From contig JBAZQN010000005.1 in the NCBI GenBank assembly GCA_041645165.1, positions 19,832 to 83,831 of the forward strand: a DNA stretch of 64,000 nt, read 5' to 3'. The notes under the pieces were generated by a model that made no database searches, was not told where the DNA came from, and saw only the letters and a list, made by a program, of their open reading frames with translations. Below, one piece after another: positions 56,470 through 64,000 of this stretch (positions within the stretch are counted from its first letter, which is position 1; every line of letters begins with the position of its first letter). The DNA is from Patescibacteria group bacterium (GTDB lineage Bacteria > Patescibacteriota > Patescibacteriia > 2-02-FULL-49-11). Made by a program: the position numbers and the translations under genes.

Positions 56470-57558
56470 TTATACAGATATACGCGGAAATTGAGATACG
56501 ATCAAATCACCCATCGTTTTCGTTCCTACAATTTTATCGTCCGTGGTGGTGGTATCTTTGATATCAAAGGTACGATATCCGCTCTCTAACACCGACGACA
56601 CGGCGCGCCATACGGCATCCGATTCTGTTTTGAGGCCGAACGCGTACTCAAGCAGCATTGCGCCGGAAAGGATGGAGGCGATCGGGTTTGCGATGCCCTT
56701 CCCGGCGATATCCGGCGCCGATCCGTGGATAGGCTCAAATAAACCCACACCCGGCCCAAGGCTCGCGGACGCGAGCAGGCCAAGACTTCCCGCAATTTGC
56801 GATGCTTCGTCGGTCAGGATGTCGCCGAACATGTTTTCCGTGAGGACCACGTCGAATTGGCGCGGATTTTTTATTAATTGCATGGCGGCGTTATCCACAT
56901 ACATATGCGTGAGCGCGACGTCGGAGTAATCGCGCGCAACTTCGTTCACGGTCTCCCGCCAGAGGCGGGAACATTCCAGGACGTTTGCCTTGTCTACGGA
57001 ACGGAGCGTTTTTTTCCTTCTGCGCGCCGCCTCAAACGCCATGCGGGCGATCCGCACGACGGCATCTTTGGTATAGCGCATGGTATCCCATGCTTCGTCC
57101 CGCGCCACGTTTCTGCCCCGCGGCTCTCCAAAGTAAATGCCGCCGACCAGTTCCCTGAAAAATACGATATCCGCGCCTTCAAGGACCTCCTGTTTCAATG
57201 AAGAAGCGTCGAGGAGTGGAGAGAAGAGCCTGATTGGGCGGATATTTGCGAACAAATCAAAATCTTTGCGGATTTTCAAGAGTCCCTGTTCCGGTCTCAC
57301 CGTGGCATGCGGGTCCTGGTCGTATTTCGGCAAGCCCACCGCGCCGAGCAAAATCGCGTCTGTGTCCTTGGCAGCTTCAATGGTTTTTGGCGGCAGGGGA
57401 TCGCCTGTCGCGTCGATTGCCGCAGCACCAATCAACTCATGACGAAAATGGAAATCGTGTCCGAATTTTTCCGCGACCGCTTTCAGCATCTTGACGGTTT
57501 CTGCGGTCACCTCCGGTCCTATGCCGTCACCCGGTAAAACTAAGATATTTTTATACAT
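56470..57558 (-). CDS. leuB: 3-isopropylmalate dehydrogenase
   Basis: GDGIGPE, RPEQGLL, VDKANVL, NMFGDILTD and EPIHGSAPDIAG. Confidence 0.97.
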   Translation of the reverse strand: MYKNILVLPGDGIGPEVTAETVKMLKAVAEKFGHDFHFRHELIGAAAIDATGDPLPPKTIEAAKDTDAILLGAVGLPKYDQDPHATVRPEQGLLKIRKDFDLFANIRPIRLFSPLLDASSLKQEVLEGADIVFFRELVGGIYFGEPRGRNVARDEAWDTMRYTKDAVVRIARMAFEAARRRKKTLRSVDKANVLECSRLWRETVNEVARDYSDVALTHMYVDNAAMQLIKNPRQFDVVLTENMFGDILTDEASQIAGSLGLLASASLGPGVGLFEPIHGSAPDIAGKGIANPIASILSGAMLLEYAFGLKTESDAVWRAVSSVLESGYRTFDIKDTTTTDDKIVGTKTMGDLIVSQFPRISV

Positions 57559-57590
57559 ATCAATACGCATCAATGAGATTTTTTCACATT

Positions 57591-57653
57591 GTAGCGTGGT
57601 AGCTTGTCTACCACTCACGATGTCTTATTGTCGGAGGCAAGCTCCGACGCTAC
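57591..57653. repeat. GTAG-type REP doublet
   Basis: gtagcgtggtagcttgtctaccac...gtcggaggcaagctccgacgctac. Confidence 0.8.
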
Positions 57654-58405
57654 TATTCTTGTGACTGTCGTTGCTCGAACGCAGCAATCTCCGGCTCAAA
57701 TTTAAGAATATATCCAATCTCATCTACCCCGTCGCGGAGACATGCTTTCACGAACGGATCAATCTCAAAGCGGTAGTCCTTGCCTTTCCAACTCACGGTT
57801 TGCCGTTCTAGGTCAAGGTGCGCTTCTTCTTGCGGACTACCTGCGGCATCTTTATGCATTTGGTCCACGGCCACTTCAGGCAATGAAACGGGAAGAAGGC
57901 CGTTTTTATAGCAGTTATTTTTAAAAATATCGCCGAAGGTAATCGCAATCACGGCCTTGAACCCGTATTCAGAAAGCGCCCAGACCGCATGTTCGCGGGA
58001 AGAGCCGCTGCCAAAATCCCTATGCGCGAGCAATATCCTTGCATTTTTATCCGCCTCCGCAGGAAAACCGCGGGCGTCAGCCCGCGGATGAATGCGGGAC
58101 TGCGGATCCGCCGAAGCCTTGCGCGAAGGCGGCAGGACTGCTACGGCGGATTCCGCCTGATCTCCCTTGAGAGAGATACCGTGGGCGTGAGCCCGCGGAG
58201 TTTCATACAGGGGATTATTGAGAGGAAATTCCGGCCCTGCCTCGCCCTGCGGATTAAACCGCAAATCACGGAATAGATTTTCCCCATAGCCTTCCTTTCC
58301 GGTTGCGATCAAAAACCGCGCGGGTATGATCTGGTCAGTGTCCACGTCGTCCATCAGCAGAGGAACGAGGAGCGAAGAAAAATTTTTGAATGGAGCCTGT
58401 GACAT
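57653..58405 (-). CDS. leuD: 3-isopropylmalate dehydratase small subunit with ~50-aa insertion
   Basis: VDTDQIIPARFL, FGSGSSREHA and FGDIFKNN. Confidence 0.93.
   Translation of the reverse strand: MSQAPFKNFSSLLVPLLMDDVDTDQIIPARFLIATGKEGYGENLFRDLRFNPQGEAGPEFPLNNPLYETPRAHAHGISLKGDQAESAVAVLPPSRKASADPQSRIHPRADARGFPAEADKNARILLAHRDFGSGSSREHAVWALSEYGFKAVIAITFGDIFKNNCYKNGLLPVSLPEVAVDQMHKDAAGSPQEEAHLDLERQTVSWKGKDYRFEIDPFVKACLRDGVDEIGYILKFEPEIAAFEQRQSQE
58045..58205. mobile_element. Double-hairpin element inserted in-frame in leuD
   Basis: CCGCGGGC-gtca-GCCCGCGG (58068-87) and CCGTGGGC-gtga-GCCCGCGG (58179-98), with a nested ccgccgaagcc..gaaggcgg. Confidence 0.75.
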
Positions 58406-58407
58406 AT

Positions 58408-59835
58408 TTATTGAATATATTTTCTCACGTCCGTCACCTTGCCTTCAATAGCCGCCACGGCCGCCATGGCAGGGGACATGAGGAGCGTGCGCGCGCCCTG
58501 GCCCTGCCTGCCAATGAAGTTGCGGTTGGATGTGGACGCGCAGTATTTCCCCGGGGGCACGACATCGCCGTTCATCGCGATGCACATGCTGCAGCCCGGA
58601 TCGCGCCATTCGCATCCGGCATTTTCGAATATTTCCTTCAGCCCTTCCGCTTCCGCCTGTTTCTTCACACTTTGCGATCCCGGCACCACGTAGACGATGC
58701 GGCCCGCCGCGATTTTCCCCCCTTTCAGGAATTGCGCGGCGACGCGCAGGTCTTCAATGCGCGCATTGGTGCAGCTGCCGATAAATACATAATCGATGCG
58801 TTGCCCTATGACCCGCTGGCCCGGTTGCATTCCCATATAGTCAAGCGCTTTCTTCACTTCAGGATTCGCGGTGTCATCAGGAATGTGTTCACTCACCTTC
58901 ACGGACATGCCCGGATTGATGCCCCAGGTCACCATGGGCTCGATTTCAGACGCGTCCATCTTCACTTCACGGTCAAACGCCGCGTCCGAATCACCGCGAA
59001 AGGAAAGCCATGTGGCTATTGTCGCGCGTTTTGATTCTTCGGTAGGAAAGGAAATTTTTGAGAGCAGATAATCGACCGTCGTCTGATCCGGCGCGATCAT
59101 GCCGGCGCGCGCGCCCGCTTCAATGCTCATGTTGCACACCGTGAGCCTCTCTTCCATGCTTAATTTTTCTATTGTATTCCCGCGGTATTCCAGAGTGTAG
59201 CCCACGCCGCCGCCCACACCGATCCGCCGGATGATGGAAAGGATGATGTCTTTTGCATACACCCCCCGCGGAAGCTCACCGGTGATGGTGATGGCCATGG
59301 TTTTGGTCTTTTTTTGCAGGAGGCACTGGGTAGCGAACACCTGTTCAACTTCCGACGTGCCGATACCGAAGGCGAGGGCGCCAAACGCGCCGTGCGAGGA
59401 CGTATGGCTGTCACCGCACACGATGGTCATGCCCGGCTGGGTGAGGCCGAGTTCTGGCCCGATGACGTGGACAATTCCTTGCTTGTCGCTCTCAAGCCCG
59501 TAGAGAGTGATGCCTTCTGCGCGGCAATTCTCTTCAAGCGTATTCACTTGTTTCTGCGCATTTCCGTCTTTCCACACTCTTTCGAAGCGTCCCCGCGAGG
59601 GCACCGCATGATCCATGGTGGCAAAGGTGAGATCAGGGCGGCGCACCCTCATTCCGCGCGTTTTTAGCCCCGCAAACGCCTGCGGTGAGGTCACCTCATG
59701 GATGAGATGAAGGTCAATGTAGATGATCGCAGGTTCATTCGGCGCCTGCCCCGTAAGCCCCGCCTTGGCGGGGTCCTTCGGGGCTTCCCGCACCACATGC
59801 GCGTCCCATATTTTGTCGTACAAGGTCTTGGACAT
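58408..59835 (-). CDS. leuC: 3-isopropylmalate dehydratase large subunit
   Basis: HEVTSPQAF, CGDSHT, GSCTN, GCSMC and STSNRNF. Confidence 0.97.
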   Translation of the reverse strand: MSKTLYDKIWDAHVVREAPKDPAKAGLTGQAPNEPAIIYIDLHLIHEVTSPQAFAGLKTRGMRVRRPDLTFATMDHAVPSRGRFERVWKDGNAQKQVNTLEENCRAEGITLYGLESDKQGIVHVIGPELGLTQPGMTIVCGDSHTSSHGAFGALAFGIGTSEVEQVFATQCLLQKKTKTMAITITGELPRGVYAKDIILSIIRRIGVGGGVGYTLEYRGNTIEKLSMEERLTVCNMSIEAGARAGMIAPDQTTVDYLLSKISFPTEESKRATIATWLSFRGDSDAAFDREVKMDASEIEPMVTWGINPGMSVKVSEHIPDDTANPEVKKALDYMGMQPGQRVIGQRIDYVFIGSCTNARIEDLRVAAQFLKGGKIAAGRIVYVVPGSQSVKKQAEAEGLKEIFENAGCEWRDPGCSMCIAMNGDVVPPGKYCASTSNRNFIGRQGQGARTLLMSPAMAAVAAIEGKVTDVRKYIQ

Positions 59836-59842
59836 AGCAATG

Positions 59843-59988
59843 AAAATCCCAAATCCCAATTTCCAATGACCAATAAAATCCAAATGTGAAAATCCCAAAT
59901 TGGTCATTCAGTCATTAATGCATTGGTTGGTCATTGGGGTTTGGGCATTGGTCATTTCTTTGAACTTTGAAATTTGAATTTTGTCATT
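59843..59988. repeat. Inverted 7-mer-type arrays (CCAAATC/CCAATGA versus TCATTGG)
   Basis: aaatcccaaatcccaatttccaatgaccaat...ttggtcattggggtttgggcattggtcatt; runs into the leuA 3' end. Confidence 0.75.
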
Positions 59989-61145
59989 ATATCAATGAGG
60001 TCTTCTTCTTCCACTTCTTTCTTTTCGTCTGCCACGATGAGGAAACGCCGATACGCCTCATCCAGCTGATCGCCTTCCAATGAGAATCCCAATTGCGCGA
60101 GTTTGTGTTTCAGCGCGGCGTGGCCGGAGCGTGCGGTGAGCACGATTCTCGACACGTCCACGCCCACATCCGGCGGATTGATGATTTCATAATTATCCCT
60201 GCTTTTCAATACGCCGTCCTGATGGATGCCGGATGAATGGGCAAAGGCATTTGCGCCTACAATCGCTTTGTTCGGCTGTACCGGAATGCCCATGGTTTTA
60301 GCGATGAGCCTGCTTAAAGAGGCTAAGCGGGAGCTCTCAATCCTGATCTCGAAGCCGTTATCGCGCCGGGTTTTCAGCGCCATCACGACTTCTTCGAGCG
60401 CCGCGTTTCCCGCCCGCTCGCCGATGCCGTTCATCGTCACTTCCACCTGCCGCGCGCCCGCGCGCACGCCTGCCAAAGTGTTCGCGGTCGCAAGCCCCAA
60501 GTCGTTGTGGCAATGGACGCTTACCACGACATTCTCAATGCCTTTCACGCGGTCGAACAGGTATTTTATTTTTTCATACCACTCTTCAGGAAAACAATAG
60601 CCGGTGGTGTCGGGGATATTGACGACCGTGGCGCCCGCGGCAATGACCACTTCAACCATCTGCGCCAAAAACACAGGATCCGCGCGTCCCGCATCTTCGG
60701 CATAGAATTCAATGTCATGGACAAATTGTTTCGCATAGCGCACCGCATCGACGCCTTGAGAGAGCACTTTGTCCCGCGTGGATTTAAACTTTTTTTCAAT
60801 ATGGATATCAGACGAGCCGATGCCGGTATGGATGCGCGGCCGTTTCGCAAAACGCAATGCCTCGACTGCCGCGTCAATGTCTTTGTGCACGGCCCGCGTG
60901 AGCGCGCACACCGTCACGTCGCCCACGGCCTTGGACACCTCGACCACTGACGCGAAATCTCCCGGGCTTGATATGGGGAATCCCGCTTCAATCACGTCCA
61001 CGCTCAGCCGCGCAAGCTCCCGCGCGAGCGCGACTTTCTCTTGCGTGTTCAGCTTCGCGCCCGGCACTTGTTCGCCATCCCGCAAGGTAGTGTCGAAGAT
61101 GTACAGACGTTCTTTGGTTTGGGGTGAAGATGGCATAGTGAGCAT
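59952..61145 (-). CDS. leuA: 2-isopropylmalate synthase, short form without regulatory domain
   Basis: DTTLRDGEQ, HCHNDLG, GERAGN and HSSGIHQDG; ends at about 397 aa. Confidence 0.95.
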   Translation of the reverse strand: MLTMPSSPQTKERLYIFDTTLRDGEQVPGAKLNTQEKVALARELARLSVDVIEAGFPISSPGDFASVVEVSKAVGDVTVCALTRAVHKDIDAAVEALRFAKRPRIHTGIGSSDIHIEKKFKSTRDKVLSQGVDAVRYAKQFVHDIEFYAEDAGRADPVFLAQMVEVVIAAGATVVNIPDTTGYCFPEEWYEKIKYLFDRVKGIENVVVSVHCHNDLGLATANTLAGVRAGARQVEVTMNGIGERAGNAALEEVVMALKTRRDNGFEIRIESSRLASLSRLIAKTMGIPVQPNKAIVGANAFAHSSGIHQDGVLKSRDNYEIINPPDVGVDVSRIVLTARSGHAALKHKLAQLGFSLEGDQLDEAYRRFLIVADEKKEVEEEDLIDIMTKFKFQSSKK

Positions 61146-61156
61146 ATTTATTCATG

Positions 61157-61238
61157 GTAGCGTGGCAGTTTATCTGCCACCGATAGGTTACTTGAAGTCG
61201 CAGACAAGCCTGCTTGCGCAGGCAAGCTGCGACGCTAC
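61157..61238. repeat. GTAG-type REP doublet with nested 18-bp hairpin
   Basis: gtagcgtggcagtttatctgccac...gtcgcagacaag[cctgcttgcgcaggcaag]ctgcgacgctac. Confidence 0.8.
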
Positions 61239-61283
61239 GAATTGGTTTTGAATTTTAGGATTTCATTTAACTGCGGTAAAGAT

Positions 61284-61452
61284 AAAAAAATCCTCCCCTT
61301 ATGGGAGGTAATAGGTAGAATTTTGACTACGCAGCATTACTTCCCACCCGGTAATGGAAGGAGGAGAGAAGTAAGGAGAAGCGAGTGAATGGCGGTGGTT
61401 TGATGTGTCATATTCTTAAGTTTAGGGTATGTCAAATATCCGTTTACGTCAA
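61284..61452 (-). promoter_or_regulatory. Promoter plus Leu leader-peptide attenuator for leuACDB
   Basis: TTGACG-17-TACCCT; leader 61411-61337 MTHQTTAIHSLLLTSLLLPLPGGK (7 Leu); terminator CCTCCC-ataag-GGGAGG plus T-tract; TGGGAAGTAA can pair with TTACCTCCCA. Confidence 0.88.
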
Positions 61453-61521
61453 TACATTGTTGTGGATAAGGGCTTTTTATGCTATTTTGACGTGTGAAAG
61501 AAGCGATGGTATTCTTGTAGT

Positions 61522-61824
61522 ATGAAGAATGAAAATTTTCCTCGTGGTTTAAATGATTCATCTTCATCAATCAAGGAATTGACTACTCTACTTGATAAAG
61601 TATCGGAGGGAGAATTAGTCGAAGCATATAATAAAGGACGAGTAGTGCTACAACAAGGGACAGTGCATGATAGTGGTTCACCGCTGAATCTTCACTTGTG
61701 GGGCGTTGAAGGTATAGCATGGGATTCTCAACCATTGAAAGAAAGAATTGAGGAATTGAAAGACGCATTAGAAGAGAAGGGATACCAATTTGATCATGAG
61801 GGAAATATTATTAAATTATCTTAA
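61522..61824 (+). CDS. Hypothetical protein
   Basis: 100-aa ORF with plausible composition and no recognised motif. Confidence 0.5.
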   Translation: MKNENFPRGLNDSSSSIKELTTLLDKVSEGELVEAYNKGRVVLQQGTVHDSGSPLNLHLWGVEGIAWDSQPLKERIEELKDALEEKGYQFDHEGNIIKLS

Positions 61825-61828
61825 GTCC

Positions 61829-62524
61829 ATGTTTTCTAAAAAAAGGATTATCGCTATTGCGCTTTTTGCCGTGATCGGCCTATTGGCGGATCGCGTGGCG
61901 GTGAGCGCGGTGTGGGGAGCTAAGGGCCAGACCTTTACGCTCTTGCAGCTGTTTGCGCCGGCAGTGGGCGCATTCCTTGGCGGCGTGAGCGGCGCCGTTA
62001 CCGTATTGTTTACGGAAATCGCGAGTTTCATCATCCAAGGGAAAGAAGTCACCGTGATGAATGTAGTTCGCCTTTTGCCGCTGGTGTGCGCGACATTTTA
62101 TTTTGCCAGCGTCATGCGGCCCCATGGCAAGAAGTCGCGGTGGATTGAGATTGGCGTGCCCGCGCTCGCCATGCTTATCTTTTGGGAACACCCCATCGGC
62201 CGCGCGGTGTGGTACTACGCGCTTTATTGGACCATCCCCATGATTGTATCGCTCACGCCTTTGCGGAAGACCTTGGTGGGGAAAAGTTTAGGCTCCACAT
62301 TTACCGCGCACGCAGTCGGCGGCGCGTATTGGATCTGGGCAACCAATATGGCGGCGCCGCTCTGGACCGCGCTCATTCCGGTCGTCGCCATGGAGCGCGC
62401 GGTGTTTGGGCTGGGGATTGCGCTCACGTTTATGGCGGTCAACCTGTCGCTCTCTCGCCTGCCCTCGGTCCACGCGCTCCCGATCAAGATTCACCATGTA
62501 AGGACAGTTTTTTCACGGGGTTAA
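61829..62524 (+). CDS. Polytopic membrane protein, possibly ECF S-component-like
   Basis: About 6 TM helices, P..GAFLG...G pattern and STFTAHAVG. Confidence 0.55.
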   Translation: MFSKKRIIAIALFAVIGLLADRVAVSAVWGAKGQTFTLLQLFAPAVGAFLGGVSGAVTVLFTEIASFIIQGKEVTVMNVVRLLPLVCATFYFASVMRPHGKKSRWIEIGVPALAMLIFWEHPIGRAVWYYALYWTIPMIVSLTPLRKTLVGKSLGSTFTAHAVGGAYWIWATNMAAPLWTALIPVVAMERAVFGLGIALTFMAVNLSLSRLPSVHALPIKIHHVRTVFSRG

Positions 62525-62562
62525 CGGCGGTCGCCTTTTCGATAGAATTAAATTATAATTTT

Positions 62563-63849
62563 ATGCCACCAACAAGCCCCGCACAGCCACAAAATGAGGA
62601 AATGTTAGAACCTCAACCAAAATTTAACACACTGTTAACTATAATTATCTCTGTCTTCGCCACCACCATACTAGTCGGAGCAGGAGTGTATTTTGTCATG
62701 GCGAGAAACAACAGCAGTGGCAATCAGCAAGTATTGGAAACACAGGTTGATTATTTAAATAAAAAAATTGAAGTTTTGGAAAGTCAAAAGCAGGCCAATA
62801 CCGAAGATACTAAAAACATTGTTAATGAAGGCAAAAATGGAGAGCAAGGGAATCAGGATAAATTTGCTGATTGGCAGATTTATCGGAATGAGCAGTATGG
62901 GTTTGAAATAAAGTATCCAAAGGATTTAATTGTTAATCAAACTGATTCAAATATTATTACAATGGGCTCTCAGGCAACACCTTATATAGTCATTGAAAGA
63001 TATCCAAGCAGACAAAACATTGATTTTCAAAGTTTTGTTCAGGAAAAATTAGTAAAAGCTTTTGGTAGTTTATTAGATGTTAATAAAATTAAATGGGCAG
63101 AGTGGGCACATAAAGAAATTTTTGATCAGTATGTTATAGATGTGGAGTTTGAGAATATGGTAGGTGGTTACACCGGCAATGTAATTTGGACTTATTTTGC
63201 GAGAGGAAATTGGGTGTACAGAATATCAGCTTTGCAGGGCTACAATAATATGGACCAAAAGACATTTCAGAACCAAATCATTCCCACCTTTAAATTTATT
63301 AACGGAACCGCCAACTGGCAGACATATAAGAATGAAAATTTGGGATTGGAATTTAAATATCCCCAGGAATTTACTTTAAAACAGAGTGACCATCCTCATT
63401 ATAAGACAGGTAGCTTTTTAGAAGTTCATCAAAGTGGAGCCGAAGTTTGGTCAAGTGATGTGGTTGTTTCAGTCAGACTTGATAATGCTTACTTGGGTAC
63501 AAATTTTCAAAGTGCTTGGCTAACAGTAGCTTATGATTCAGATATTGCCGATTTATCTAACTGTCAGGAGCTACACAGAAACAGAGGAGTAGAAAAAATG
63601 ACTGATAGTCAGGTCGTTAATAGAGTTACTTGGTATAAAGGCGAAACTAGCGGTGTAGCAGCGGGTACGTATGTGAAATCAAAAGTTCATCATACTTTTC
63701 ATAATGATATGTGTTATGAAGTAACCCTGCATCTATCAATTGCTAACATTGGGAACTTTGATCCTACTTCAGGTATAAAAGAAGTTGATGAAAGTGTAGT
63801 TTGGGTAAAGCTGGGAAGTATTTTTTCCACCTTCAAATTTTTAGATTAA
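62563..63849 (+). CDS. Single-TM extracellular protein with two WxxYxNxxxGxExKYP (PsbP-like) domains
   Basis: N-terminal TM, coiled coil, WQIYRNEQYGFEIKYP and WQTYKNENLGLEFKYP. Confidence 0.75.
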   Translation: MPPTSPAQPQNEEMLEPQPKFNTLLTIIISVFATTILVGAGVYFVMARNNSSGNQQVLETQVDYLNKKIEVLESQKQANTEDTKNIVNEGKNGEQGNQDKFADWQIYRNEQYGFEIKYPKDLIVNQTDSNIITMGSQATPYIVIERYPSRQNIDFQSFVQEKLVKAFGSLLDVNKIKWAEWAHKEIFDQYVIDVEFENMVGGYTGNVIWTYFARGNWVYRISALQGYNNMDQKTFQNQIIPTFKFINGTANWQTYKNENLGLEFKYPQEFTLKQSDHPHYKTGSFLEVHQSGAEVWSSDVVVSVRLDNAYLGTNFQSAWLTVAYDSDIADLSNCQELHRNRGVEKMTDSQVVNRVTWYKGETSGVAAGTYVKSKVHHTFHNDMCYEVTLHLSIANIGNFDPTSGIKEVDESVVWVKLGSIFSTFKFLD

Positions 63850-64000
63850 ATTTTGGCTGACTTAACAAATCGGTTCCAGGTATAACCTCGAGCCAACACC
63901 GTGTTTTAGTGTTTCTGTGCTTTATGTGTTTTATGACTTTATTCCATTACCATTCTTTAAAGTAAAGCAAGTGTTATGGGGTAAATTAAAGGTACTAAAT

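Noticed and set aside
62182-62562. N-terminal extension of the 555-aa ORF
   Set aside because: It overlaps the membrane gene 61829-62524 in another frame; the ATG at 62563 after an AT-rich gap is more plausible.
1-64000. Alternative genetic code (TGA recoded)
   Set aside because: Conserved genes are full length under code 11 and several end at TGA.

Overview
Chromosomal window from what looks like a Patescibacteria/CPR (Parcubacteria-type) bacterium. This is inferred from gene content, weak or absent Shine-Dalgarno sites and typical CPR surface proteins; genetic code 11. It has three parts. (1) 1-27 kb: housekeeping genes (glyA, phosphohexomutase, tryptophanase/TPL-like lyase, degenerate murI, proC, trpS, rnj, tRNA-Leu, secG, uvrC, uvrA). 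(2) 27-45 kb: an AT-rich accessory/defence region with three tandem small membrane paralogs ending KDFGF, an NYN nuclease, type I R-M with an M-S fusion, RhuM and an RloC-like anticodon nuclease. (3) 45-61 kb: a branched-chain amino acid biosynthesis cluster (ilvBCDE, ilvN-like, leuABCD, ridA) with three leader-peptide attenuators, headed by a threonine-synthase-like enzyme fused to a LeuA-type allosteric domain. Best candidates for undescribed biology: (a) both NYN nuclease genes are followed by a convergent sigma70 promoter driving a short antisense RNA with a conserved 5' AUCACCACG and a covarying hairpin; (b) the ThrC-LeuA-regulatory fusion, possibly a non-orthologous IlvA replacement; (c) a dense set of nested palindromic and short-period repeats, many inserted in-frame inside conserved genes (uvrC, uvrA, leuC, leuD, hsdM, pgm, murI); (d) a four-helix-bundle gene bracketed by inverted 7-mer arrays, with apparently empty versions elsewhere. 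All calls come from reading the sequence by eye; no searches or folding programs were run.
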